The translations under genes and the position numbers were made by a program. The notes below the pieces were generated by a model that saw only the letters and a program-made list of their open reading frames with translations, did not search any database and was not told the DNA's origin. DNA of 64,000 nucleotides. Source: Nitrosopumilus sp. GTDB taxonomy: Archaea; Thermoproteota; Nitrososphaeria; Nitrososphaerales; Nitrosopumilaceae. Position 1 is the stretch's first letter. Each line of letters begins with the position of its first letter. The stretch covers positions 1,952,001-2,016,000 of the forward strand of contig OZ250186.1 of assembly GCA_965238275.1 (NCBI GenBank), given 5' to 3'. This document shows, piece by piece, positions 29,431-40,100 of the stretch.

Positions 29431-30088
29431 CTCTTAAAAACCCATAAGGGATTTAAATCTTGCAACGCAGGGTGCTGCAAAACCAGTTGACGGGCACCTG
29501 CCGGTACGCCAGACGGAGGGTGCCGTCCCCACATCGTTTGTAATATGCAGTTTATGCTTGTCTGAATTTGGTATCCACCTTGGATCCGGCTGCTGCCAAT
29601 CACGTCTCCTGCAGGACAGTGGCATAGTCATGACGCTGGGGCTGTCATTTTGGAGACGCTTTGGCCATCAGCCGATTTTGCAATAGCCCGGAACACGTGT
29701 GAAAACAGAAGGGGTTATCCCAGACTAACAGATGATGTCTGCAGTTGCCGTCAGGAACGCGATGGCCTCTGCATGGTTCAAGTGGGGTTTTGCGGCGACT
29801 GGCAGGGGACGCCACGGCAATCCAGATCGGTTCGGCTACAGGTTACAGATGGCATCTTGTCCGAGGACTGGCCGAGATCCGGACAGGCTTTGCCACGAAA
29901 TCAGCGAGGCTGTTTGGCGCATTGGGACCAAACAGGCTACGCCTCATGTCAACTGACGCGGCAAACTCCTGGGCGTTCATAGCATATCCTTTTGGCATGT
30001 TGCGCGGCCTTAATTCACAGTTTCTTTGAGATGCGAGGGACCGTCAGGGTCTGAGGTGTGTCTAGTCTGCCAAACCTTGCGGCATCTG

Positions 30089-30553
30089 CTATTCTGCTAG
30101 CCATCTTACCAAGGCTTTGTTTGGATCTGCAAGCTCGTCTATGCCTGTGTAGTACCAGTCTTGCCAGCCTTTCTTTGGCAGACCCGTAAACAGCATCAGG
30201 TTGAGCGGGTACGCATCGCTGTCAGCGCACCGGCGAAAATCATCACGGAACAAAAATACATCCTTGCCCCACGCGATTGCCATGCCAAGCTCAACCATCA
30301 CGCCCTCGTCTGGCGGAGTTCCGTTAACCACCGCAAAAATTCCGTCTGCGTCTTTAACGTCTTGCATGTCAGAACGGCCGATCTTGTACGGACTGTTGTC
30401 TCCGGGCCTGTCTTTTTGGTTGTTTCGCTCAAAAGGCTCCCACACCTCGGCTCCGAGTTTGTCTAGCAGCTTTACAAGATCTTGCAACGGTCCCGCTTTT
30501 TGTTGTGCGGAGAACCCGTACGGGTTTGCAAGATAGAGCGTCTTTTTTGTCAT
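30089..30553 (-). CDS. nucleoside 2-deoxyribosyltransferase
   Basis: LYLANPYGF, DADGIFA, DEGVMVELGMA, NLML. Confidence 0.9.
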   Translation of the reverse strand: MTKKTLYLANPYGFSAQQKAGPLQDLVKLLDKLGAEVWEPFERNNQKDRPGDNSPYKIGRSDMQDVKDADGIFAVVNGTPPDEGVMVELGMAIAWGKDVFLFRDDFRRCADSDAYPLNLMLFTGLPKKGWQDWYYTGIDELADPNKALVRWLAE

Positions 30554-30643
30554 TCCTTAGTACTTTCTTTTTGCATTTTGTTTGTATTTGTTTCGAAATG
30601 TGTAATCTTGAACACATGCATAATTCTGCCTACCGATTGCAGT

Positions 30644-30717
30644 AAGGAATGCCACCCCAATACACATCCCCTAGGCCGAAAGGAATGCCACCCCAATACA
30701 CATCCCCTAGGCCGAAA
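30644..30717. repeat. 36-bp tandem duplication
   Basis: AAGGAATGCCACCCCAATACACATCCCCTAGGCCGA twice. Confidence 0.92.
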
Positions 30718-31151
30718 AAGCTATCATGAGAACCAAGACATCCGGTTGAAGACGGACAATAGGAGATACATCCAGGACGGCGCGTCTTACCCGATGACCA
30801 TATTTTAAAAAAGACACCAAACTATCATCACGAATACCGAAGGAAGTATCCTCAATTGGCTCAAGTCCAACGGCATAAACCTACGCAAGCCGGATGGACA
30901 TTACACGCTAGCGCACCGCGGTGAAAGGCCGAACACGCATCTGGGCAGACATGAGACATAATCCGTAATTAGAAATTATGCATATTTTCCTATATTGTGT
31001 AGGTTTTTTGACTCCTACCCGATTGCTTCCCGGACTAGGAGAACCCTGAGGTTGGCAAATCCGCAAACGATGTCATTGATGGTGTCATATTTTTTCAGGC
31101 GGTTTCGGTAGACACCGCCCATTAGAGAATATGCGTAATCCCCCTGTCCAC

Positions 31152-31900
31152 ATGGAACAGGAAAACGATAAATTTCTAATCAGGCAGCTGGAACAGAAAG
31201 ACAAAAAGCTGGAACGATCTGGAACAGAAAGACAAAAAGTCCTCAATCTAAAGCAACAAAAAGCTGGAACAGAAAGACAGGGAGTTGGGCCTTGAACGCG
31301 GCCTGTGGAAGAGCAGGAACGATCTGGAACCCTGCATGCACCAGAGGTGCTAGACGGCATAATACGCGACGGGGACAAGCTCATGTCACGCTGGCAGACG
31401 GGGAACAGTTCCGGTAGCTTGCATTCGGGCCAGATACCGCTGTTCCGCGATAACGCATCCCGGGTCTCCGAGCAAACTGCTGCTCCTAGCTTATCCGCAA
31501 AAAGGACAACCCCGCCCAAAGCCCGGTACAATGGATGCGATGACTGGCAGGAAAAGCTGCTGCCCCGACCAAGGAGGATTTCGATCGTGGATATTCATAG
31601 ACGGCACGCACTGCCCCGTGCATCTGTAAAGTCAGTCCGGCGCATGAAATACTCCGGCAGACGTGTCGCCGGGGTGGTGATGATCAAAAAGCATCAGTCG
31701 GCGACATCACGCTGCTCAAGGAACGCCCCAGGCAGCAGGAAAACAAAAGCCTAAAAAATATTCTCCACCCGGGTGTTGGTGGAGCACGCCAGAAAGACAA
31801 AAAGCTGGACGTGATCAGAAAGACAAAAAGCTGGGACGCAGGAAAACAAAAGGGCCGATAAAAAATATTCTAAAGCACGACTAAAGACAAAAAGCTGGAG
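31152..31900 (+). repeat. scrambled, multiply deleted duplicate of transposase B plus GAAAGACAAAAAGCTGG repeats
   Basis: Collinear short pieces of ~31890-32825 joined across many deletions. Confidence 0.8.
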
Positions 31901-31996
31901 CAGAAAGACAGGGAGCTGGGCCTTGAGCGCGGCCTGTGGAAGAGCAGGGACGATGGCTGGAACCCCGGCAAGGGGCCCGCGCTGCATCTGCTAGAG

Positions 31997-33028
31997 GTGC
32001 TAGACGACATAATACGCGACGGGGACAAGCTCCGCCATGCCACGCTGGCAGACGGGGAACAGTTCCGGTACATGCTGGAGCGGGCCAAGGTGTTTCTGAC
32101 GCATTCGGGCCAGATGCCGCTGTTCTGCGATAACGCATCCCGGGCCTCCGATCCCGGAAACCGGTGCAAGCTGTACCTGAGACACGCGCTGCTCATGGCG
32201 CTGATGCACAAAAAGGAAAACATCACGCAGGGAACGCTTGCCGCGTTCTTCGGGATAGACCAGTCCACCGTGTCCCGGTACTTTCCTGTGATGGACGCGA
32301 TGCTGGCAGGAATACTTCCGACGGCAGACAATATATCCGAGGAGGTAGCTGCTGCCCCGACCAGGGAAGATTTCAAGAAGATCGTGCCCGGATCGGATGG
32401 GGGCGAGATCTTCATAGACGGCACGCACTGCCCCATACAGCGCCCGTCCGTAAAGTCAGTCCGGCGCATGAAATACTCCGGCAAGAAGAAAAAGTTTACC
32501 AACAATACCAACGTGTACACCAACCGGAACGGGGTGGTGATCGGCATATCAAAAAGCACCGTCGGGTCAGTCGGCGACATCACGCTGCTCAAGGAACGCC
32601 CCATGCCGTTTGGAAAGTGGGAGAAGGCGATGCACGATCCGGACCTGCCAGAATCAGACAGGTGCCACCCATTCGTCGACCGCGGCTACCAGGGAATCGC
32701 AGACCACCTGCCCGGCACCACGCCGGAGATCCCGCACAAGAAGACCAGGGACACGCCGCTGACGCCGGAGCAAAAAAAGCACAACCACAGGATCAACTCC
32801 ACCCGGGTGTTGGTGGAGCACACGATAGGCAGGCTCAAGCGCTACGCGCGCCTCACCGACCCGTACGACGGCAACGCAGCCGGGTTCAACAGGGAGTTCA
32901 ACGTGATCACAGGGCTGGTAAACCTGAACCTTTTGTGGGACTGCATGGAAAAGGGCCCGCCACCACCGGGGCAGTGGAAGACGTCAGTAGACTGGGACAG
33001 GGCCTGCTCCCAAGCTCCGGTCAAGTAG
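31997..33028 (+). CDS. IS5-type (DDE_Tnp_4) transposase B, N-terminus damaged
   Basis: FIDGTHCPIQRP, YSGKKK, VDRGYQG, RVLVEHTIGRLK. Confidence 0.9.
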   Translation: MLDDIIRDGDKLRHATLADGEQFRYMLERAKVFLTHSGQMPLFCDNASRASDPGNRCKLYLRHALLMALMHKKENITQGTLAAFFGIDQSTVSRYFPVMDAMLAGILPTADNISEEVAAAPTREDFKKIVPGSDGGEIFIDGTHCPIQRPSVKSVRRMKYSGKKKKFTNNTNVYTNRNGVVIGISKSTVGSVGDITLLKERPMPFGKWEKAMHDPDLPESDRCHPFVDRGYQGIADHLPGTTPEIPHKKTRDTPLTPEQKKHNHRINSTRVLVEHTIGRLKRYARLTDPYDGNAAGFNREFNVITGLVNLNLLWDCMEKGPPPPGQWKTSVDWDRACSQAPVK

Positions 33029-34513
33029 AATTCAGGGCACGATGAAGTGCTGCAAGGCTGCGCACGTCATTTTGGATTTTGGGGTGAACGGACTTGCCAC
33101 ATGCCAGACACGAGTAGTTTTAGGCCGTATTTTTCCGGTTTTTTATGACCGAGTTGGCGAAATGGGCGGATTACGCATATCTTCTATTATGCGAAACCGT
33201 TTGACCCTGCGGATGGCGTGCTCCACATACACCCGTACCTTTGAGTGTTTTTTGTTGAATTCCTTCTGCTCGGGGGACAATTCTGCACCTTTTTGCTTCT
33301 TGTACGGCACTACGGCATCCCGGTCAGGAAACTCCTTGTTGATCCCCTGGTATCCGCCATCCAGGATCTCTCTGACCTTGATCCTTTTCTTGTCCTTGCT
33401 CCCGTCCTTGCGTGGAAGGTTGTCAGGGAATGTCGGGTGTTTCTTTTTGAATACTGCAAAGTCGTGGATCCTGCCCGGGGAATGCCGGGTCTTGTGAAGG
33501 ATGAGGCCGTCCGTGGCCGATGTGTACTGGACCTTGGACGTGTGCCTGTGTGCCTTGCCCGAGTAGTGGGACCGTTCCATGTCCTTGCGCCCGGGACGTT
33601 GTATCTGCTGCTCGGAGGCATCAATCAGGGCAGTCAGGCCCGGAATGATCTCCTCAAGATCGTCAAGCGTCTTGGTGGCCTTGATGCTGGCGTAGATCTT
33701 TGACGGAAGCGGAACGCACTGCCGGATCGACGGCTCCAGTGCCCCCATGCTGCGGGACACGCTAGCCTGGCCCACCTGAAACACCATGGCAAGAAGATCC
33801 TGTGTGGCGTATGTCCTGTAATAAAACAGGACCAGAAGAAACCTGTTTTTCAGATCCAGTTTCCACCTGCGTCCGGCACCAATGCCGCGCATCCTGCTTC
33901 TTTTGGAGAGTCGCTTTTGCTCTGCCCTGGGGTATTTTTTTGCCAGCCGCCCTGCCACCAAATTAAATTCGGAGACTGTCAGTCCAGTGCACCGGATGAA
34001 CAGTTTGGGCTTTTTTGCTAATTTGTCGTATAATGACATGCTTTGACATGGGCAATCAGAATAAAACACGGCTGACGTATAGTTTTGATCATCGGGTAAG
34101 TTCGAATTGACATGCAATTCCGTGCAATCAACCGGATTTGTCCTGCAATGCGTCCAATCGTGTGGTTATACCCAATTACGGATTATGTCTATGGAGTCCA
34201 GGGCGTGATAGTGCGCACGTACAATGACAGCGAGTCCTGCTTCGTCTCGCTTGCCGTCCACAAGTTGGGCGCCGAGGACATCACAAGTGCGGCCGCAATT
34301 AGCACGAATTTTAGTAACTGCATAGTTTTTTGATCAAATGTTGAACTCCATGCCTACGCGCGTCTATGCAGTTTTTTGACGTGGAGCCAGGCCCTCGTGC
34401 AGGATCGTGCCAAGATCATCTCCCCTTGCCTTGCATGTCTGGGACCTGTTAAATTTTGGTAATCAGATCAGTAAAAGTTACCAGAGCCGCCAGCCAAGCG
34501 CCAACGTGGTGTT

Positions 34514-35240
34514 TTATTGCACGTTGCGCGCGACATGCAGTCCGCATTCTTTGACGCCACGTTCCCACCACCAACGGCCCGCGCGCGGATCTTCGCCGGG
34601 TTTCACAGCCCTAGTACATGGTTCGCATCCTATGCTTGTGTAACCCCTGTCCAACAACGCGTTGTACGGCACGCCGTGCGCCCTGACGTAGCCCCAAACG
34701 TCTTCAATACTCCAGTTTATTATCGGATTTATCTTCACTATCCCGCCGTGCGCCGAATCCAATTCGAACATTTCCATGTCGCGCCTGGCTTCGGTCTGAT
34801 CGCGCCGCAAGCCGGTGATCCACCCGTTGAGCGTGGCCAGTTTGGCATTCATCGGTTCGACTTTGCGGACATGGCAGCACGTTTTGCGTCCCTCGACGCT
34901 TTCGTAAAACAGGTGCGTGCCGCGCTCTTCGACCATGTGTTCGACGCGTTCGGGATCCGGTTTGAGCCTTTCGACTTTGATTCCATACCTGTCTTCCACG
35001 GCCGCGATTATGTCCAGTGTCTCTTTCGGCAGAAAACCTGTGTCTAGCGTGAAGAATTGGAATTCGGGGGTGATTTTCACCATCATGTCGATTACTGCCG
35101 CGTCTTCGGCGCCGAAGCTTGACGCCTTGCCGACTGACGGACAAAGGTTGTCAGACGCCCACCTGAGCGCTCCTTCGGCGGTAGTTATTTCAGAATTCAA
35201 CAGCCGCACGTCGTCTGCGGTAAGCCGTTTACGTGCCCAT
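34514..35240 (-). CDS. cysH: APS/PAPS reductase (Fe-S type); start codon one base out of frame
   Basis: SSFGAED, TLDTG, CCHVRK, WITGLRRDQ, SIGCEPCT, RAGRW, KECGLH. Confidence 0.9.
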
Positions 35241-35489
35241 TCGCTCTTCAATTTTTTCAAGCTCCTTAGTACATTCAGTGCTGTCGCTTTCCAAGGCTGA
35301 AATTTGTTCATCGTAGTTTTCAATATCATTTTTAAATTCTTTAATTTCGTTTTCGTCATTTGAATTGTCGATCCGATACTTTGTAGCTTTTCGAAGTTCG
35401 CGAAGCCTGTCTAATTCCCTATTGTTTGTTCTTATTCTTTCTTTAAATGCTTCTGCTGCACCTTCTGCACCGTAGTTTAATCCAGTCAT
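35229..35489 (-). CDS. AT-rich coiled-coil hypothetical protein (cargo)
   Basis: 86-aa charged helical ORF overlapping the cysH 5' end. Confidence 0.55.
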   Translation of the reverse strand: MTGLNYGAEGAAEAFKERIRTNNRELDRLRELRKATKYRIDNSNDENEIKEFKNDIENYDEQISALESDSTECTKELEKIEERMGT

Positions 35490-35689
35490 GGTTGCATCAG
35501 AATACAAATAACATTATAATAAAGGTACTGAAAAGTGGCGGCGTGTTGCATAATCCTGCCTGCCATGTTACAATGAGCAGCACCATACACCATCATCCAG
35601 ACCGAAAAAGCTAAAGATCATGAGAATCAAGGCATCCTAGTGTGACCTGTTAAATTTTGGTGATCAGATCAGTAAAAGTTACCAGAGCC

Positions 35690-37044
35690 CATGTCTGCTT
35701 GATGCTCATCAGCGTGGCAATGGCATCTGCGCCCTTCTTTGACCTGCTCCCGTTGCTGTTCTTGCGCAGGATGACGCACGGCCTGATGGCCCGCTCTGCC
35801 CGGTTGTTGTGGTATTCGACGCCGTCTGTCTCCAGAAACGCAAACAGGTGATCTCCCTCCCGCACCAGCCTCTTGCGCATCCTGTTGCAGTGCCTGCAGT
35901 CGCGGTCCTTTTCGAGCCTGCCGATAAGTGACGCGATGCGACGATCCAGCCTCTTCTTTGCTGCCAGTGCTTCGGCACCTCCCGGAACGGCGCCGTCGAT
36001 GTGCGAGTCCCACAGTATCGTGCGCAGCGTCCTTGCGTGACGCTTGTAGTCATCGCCGGGATTCTTGTATTTCAGGGTGTCCTTGATGTCCCGGGCGTAA
36101 TGAAGGTGGCACTTTTGGTGTTCGGATCCGATGACGTTCCACGCGGCCCACGAGTCAGACGTGACGCATCCCGGGTAGTCCTTGCCGAGCATCTTTTTTG
36201 GAACCTTCGAGTTCCTGTGGCGGTGCACCTCGTAGATTACGGCGTACCTGGCTACAGCCACCCACAGCCAATAGTTTGTGCCGTCGACGCGCCAGGTCGT
36301 CTCGTCCCCGTTTATCGCAGGCGAGTTTCTTACCTCCTCCCTGATCTTCTCGTACAGCGGCCCGAGCTCCCGGGCCATCCTGCACACCATGCGGTTTATC
36401 GCAGATTCCGTGATTCTTGCCGAGTACATCATCATGACAATATTGCATATTCTGAGGTCTGACATGCCGTGCAGCCTGAGGATGACCATCATTATCATAA
36501 AGTTGATCCCGTACCTGGAGTTTGGCAGTGCCAGCGGAGTCCTGCCGGACACGATCCTCTTGCAGTTCCTGCAACGCCTTCTCTTTACTGTCACCTTGAT
36601 GTGCTTTAGTTCCGTCTTGGCAGCCTCCCTTACCACCTTTGTGTACGTGGACACGCATTCTGAGAGGTCGGAGCTGCCGCAGTTGCCGCACGTGTGCGGA
36701 TCTGCTGTCTCCTCTGCGTCTATTCTTTCAGGACGCGCAAGGCCCGTGCGTTTGTGGTCACTTGGCTTGCCCTTGCCCTTGCCCTTGCCCTTTGCGCGGC
36801 GCCGGGTACTGCCGGTCTTTTTGTCCGGTTTTGCGCCGATGCTCCTTGCAACGGCAGCCGATATGATGCCCTTTGCCTCCTGCAACTCTACCGTGAGATC
36901 CTGGATCTGTTTGAGGGCGGCAGCGTAAAGATCAGCGAGTTTGGCCATCTGCCGGTCTTTTTCGGCCATCTGCTCTACCATCACACCCACTTTTTCCTCC
37001 AGTTCTGCAATCCTTGACTCGGAATTATCATCAGACATATGCAA
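35690..37044 (-). pseudogene. IS66 transposase 2 (last ~25 codons displaced to ~34362-34441)
   Basis: CGNC/CRNC, NGDETTW, TSDSW, QKCHLHYAR, HNNRAERAIR. Confidence 0.9.
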
Positions 37045-37266
37045 ACCGTGGGCAGCAATGATCTAAAAATTAGGACGGAGAGAAAAACTCGATCAAGTGA
37101 TTAAAAATAGTTTTAAAAAATTAGACAGACGCGGATTTTCTGATTGTAGATATGGAGTTCAACATTTGATCAAAAAACTACACAGATACGAATTTTATTA
37201 TATTTCACAGTACTCATGTATATAATAGATTTTTAACTGTCTATTGACTCATGAACATAAGTTAGC

Positions 37267-37965
37267 ATGGCTTTAATTTATGGAATTTCCGGTAGCGAAA
37301 GGGGGCTCTTGAACAAATATCCCAGTGCAGTGCAAAAAATTGAAGATATTGAGAAAGCCTACAATGACTTGAAAGAACATATGAAGGAAGAAGATAACGG
37401 GTTTTTCGGGCGCATCAGGAAATGGAGCAAGCAACAGCAGCTAAATAGGTTTGAAAAAAACAAAGGTGATCCGATGCACGCAGGCACCCGCGGTGAATTG
37501 CATGTCTTAAATGAGCTGTCCAAGTTACCTGACGATTATCACGTTTTGTGTGGACTTGATTTTGAATTGCCGCATTACGTGACTTACAACAATCGAAAAA
37601 ACCTAAAATCAGCACAGATGGATTTCGTGGTGGTTTCCAAAAGAGGAGTGGTCATAATCGAAGTCAAAAACTGGAGCGACCGATATTATGAACAGCATGA
37701 AGGCATCAGTCCACACGAGCAAGTGGACCGTGCGGGACTGGTGCTGTGGATTTCGCTAAAAGCATGGAGAAGCCCACAAAACCCTCCGGTTACAAAAATC
37801 TTGCTGCCGGTGCAAGAAAACATGGGATATGATCTAAATTTCAAGTTTGTTTTGGTAAGGCATTTGGCAAATATCAATTCATTCATTGTAAACCAAAGAG
37901 AATTGTTTTCAGAAAAAGAAACTCAAAGGGTCGTTGACAGGTTAAAAGATCATGTCACGCAATGA
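37267..37965 (+). CDS. NERD-domain nuclease-like protein
   Basis: GTRGE, QMDFVVV...GVVIIEVKNW, PHEQV. Confidence 0.85.
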   Translation: MALIYGISGSERGLLNKYPSAVQKIEDIEKAYNDLKEHMKEEDNGFFGRIRKWSKQQQLNRFEKNKGDPMHAGTRGELHVLNELSKLPDDYHVLCGLDFELPHYVTYNNRKNLKSAQMDFVVVSKRGVVIIEVKNWSDRYYEQHEGISPHEQVDRAGLVLWISLKAWRSPQNPPVTKILLPVQENMGYDLNFKFVLVRHLANINSFIVNQRELFSEKETQRVVDRLKDHVTQ

Positions 37966-38258
37966 TCAATCCGCGTGTTTGTAGACAGTCTTACCGGAAT
38001 TATCCTTCAGAGTATTTCCCCAAGACGCGCAGCCATTCCCCTGCAAGCCTGAATGTGCAGAATATTTCCCCCACCGTGAGAGTAATTTAAATGGGATTTT
38101 ACAGTTATTTTTACGACAAATCCAGTTTTTGTTCACGAATTTATTTTTCACTGCATATCGGATTCCATAATTTGGGACAGAGGTATTTTGGCGGCATGGC
38201 ATTGGCCGGAAGGTTGGCGGTAAGAAATTATTGCTACCGTCGGATTTATAAATAATTT

Positions 38259-38456
38259 TTAATAGTTTTTATATTTAGCCTGGTTGGCGGAATTATCATG
38301 ATAGCATTCTGAACACATCTTAGAATACAATAGCATTACGGCATTGCCACAAAAAATGCATTCATCATGCTTTACACGCCTCCCATGCTCCTCAGGACAT
38401 TTCTTGTGAACCACGTCAGCCCTCGTGACATCGGCTTCGTCGGGCAACATGTCCAA
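38259..38456 (-). CDS. small Cys-rich protein (possibly frameshifted at the 5' end)
   Basis: CIFC...CSEC; AT-rich. Confidence 0.45.
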   Translation of the reverse strand: MDMLPDEADVTRADVVHKKCPEEHGRRVKHDECIFCGNAVMLLYSKMCSECYHDNSANQAKYKNY

Positions 38457-39155
38457 TTCATCTTTCCCCTTGCATTCTTGAGTATAACTTGCAATTCACC
38501 ATGAACTGAAGCAGGGTTTTATTTTATTGAAATTTAATGGGTGATGAAGGCGTATTCGACTCGGCATGAATCAGACATGCTGGAGACGGCCTAACTCATG
38601 GTGGAAGTTAGGTGTCCGTTTATGCCATGCATGCAGTATGCCAGACATATTGATGGCAGTTGCACGGTCCAACACATGCATGATGATGGACTTGGAACGG
38701 CTTTTGACATCAAGTTGACATGATTTCTGCAACGTCCCGAGGGATTACCATAGATTTCCACATGTGGGCTGCAATCATGGCCAGGCCGGATCCAGATGAT
38801 GTGCCCTTGGGCAGTCGTACCGGAGACCGAAGAATCTAGGGGTCTTTCCTCCCCCCCCCCTCATACCGGCGCATCCGGCGATGCATCCGCAGGCCAGATT
38901 GCAGAGACGTATAGGCAGTATCACTTATGCCTGTTTAACGCAGGCAACCCAGACATGCTACAGGCATTCCTGTACGTATCCTAATTCCCTTTTTGTACGC
39001 CCTTTTGAGTTCATCCCATTTTGTTTAGCCCATATTGCAGCAAGAGGTCGCAGGATCTGTAGTTTCGAGTGTGGTCGGTTCAACCTTGCATGGACTTTTT
39101 TGCGTCAGCATGGATCTAAACGAATATTGTAGAGTCCCAAGGTACACACAGCCAG

Positions 39156-40100
39156 ATGGCAGGCGAAATATCAGACAGGCTCTACAGGGTTCTTGAAGAG
39201 TCCTGCGCATCCTGCAAGTCGAACCTGATCTCGCTGTCAGGGGGACTGGACAGCACCATCATCGCATACCTGTCAAGACAGCGAAGTCCAAAGGGGGTGG
39301 CAGTCATTGCAGAGGACTTTGTCTCGACTGACCTGACATACTGCCAGATGGCGGCAGGAAAGATGAAGATGCCCCTGTCAATATACACGGTAGGTACGGC
39401 TGAAATCCTTGAGGCCGTCGGGGAGACTGTCAGGATTCTGGGAAACTTCAACGACATAGAGATTCGAAACAGCGTTGTCATGTATCTGGCAGCAAGATGG
39501 GCAAGGGACAACGGGGAGGAGTCGATCATCACAGGCGACGGCGCCGACGAGCTGTTTGCAGGATACAGGTTTCTCATCAACAAGCCGCAGGGGGAGCTCG
39601 AAGAGGAGATCAGGAGGGTCTGCTCTGTGATGCATTTTCCCACGCAGAGGATTGGGGACGCCCTGGGAGTAGGCATAGAATCACCGTTCCTGGACGAGTC
39701 GGTGCAGGAGCTTGCACGGGAGATCCCGGCTGACTTGAAGGTCAGAGGGAGAGGCAGGGAGAGGCACGGAAAATGGATACTGCGCAAGACGTTTGAGGGG
39801 CTCATCCCGCCCAGAATTGCATGGAGGCCCAAATCCCCAATGCAGGACGGATCCGGGACCGCAGGCCTGACGGGCCTGTTCGAGTCAGTTATCGACCGGG
39901 ACGAGTTTGCCGAAAAGGTAAAGGCGGTACAGGGGAAAGACGGCATCACCATCAGGAGCAGCGAGTCGATGTACTACTATGAGATCTTCAGGAGGCATTT
40001 TGGGCCTCCTGCACGTGTTCCATACGGCGCGTGCCCATACTGCGGATGCGCAATCAGGGATTCCAGATTCTGCAGGATGTGCGGCGCGTTTCCGGTCTAG
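39156..40100 (+). CDS. asparagine synthase-related protein (ATP pyrophosphatase domain)
   Basis: SLSGGLDS, TGDGADELFAGY, SPFLD, KWILR. Confidence 0.9.
   Translation: MAGEISDRLYRVLEESCASCKSNLISLSGGLDSTIIAYLSRQRSPKGVAVIAEDFVSTDLTYCQMAAGKMKMPLSIYTVGTAEILEAVGETVRILGNFNDIEIRNSVVMYLAARWARDNGEESIITGDGADELFAGYRFLINKPQGELEEEIRRVCSVMHFPTQRIGDALGVGIESPFLDESVQELAREIPADLKVRGRGRERHGKWILRKTFEGLIPPRIAWRPKSPMQDGSGTAGLTGLFESVIDRDEFAEKVKAVQGKDGITIRSSESMYYYEIFRRHFGPPARVPYGACPYCGCAIRDSRFCRMCGAFPV

Larger units (their letters stand above)
31124..33185 (+). mobile_element. IS5-type element B
   Basis: TIRs AGAGAATATGCGTAATCC / GGATTACGCATATCTTCT; 3-bp TSD ATT. Confidence 0.9.
31015..34039 (-). pseudogene. IS5-type (DDE_Tnp_4) transposase A split by element B
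   Basis: ALIDASEQ, ILDGGYQG and VEHAIRRVKRFRI rejoin MGGVYRNRLKKYD...EAIG* (31015-31123) once B is removed. Confidence 0.88.
30954..34190 (-). mobile_element. IS5-type element A with nested element B
   Basis: 17-bp TIR AGACATAATCCGTAATT at both ends; 3-bp TSD ATG. Confidence 0.9.
34442..35689. mobile_element. transposase-less compound unit: two direct 47-bp palindromic micro-elements flanking cysH
   Basis: Units at 34442-34488 and 35643-35689; 8-bp TSD CATGTCTG (34434-34441, 35690-35697); removal restores the IS66 C-terminus SIKQTCKARGDDLG...KTA*. Confidence 0.9.
34314..37189 (-). mobile_element. IS66-family element 2, interrupted by the cysH unit
   Basis: ~38-bp TIRs GTAACTGCATAGTTTTTTGATCAAATG.. 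and (rc) GTATCTGTGTAGTTTTTTGATCAAATG..; perfect 8-bp TSD GAATTTTA. Confidence 0.93.

Noticed and set aside
29488-29527. GC hairpin as a structured ncRNA
   Set aside because: Single stem with no recognisable family features or second copy.
31152-31900. GAAAGACAAAAAGCTGG repeats as a CRISPR array
   Set aside because: Irregular spacing and length; they derive from the transposase's coiled-coil coding repeats, and no cas genes are present.
34442-35689. 47-bp palindromes as integron attC sites
   Set aside because: The outer 8-bp TSD and GG...CC ends indicate DDE transposition; no IntI-type gene or cassette array is visible.
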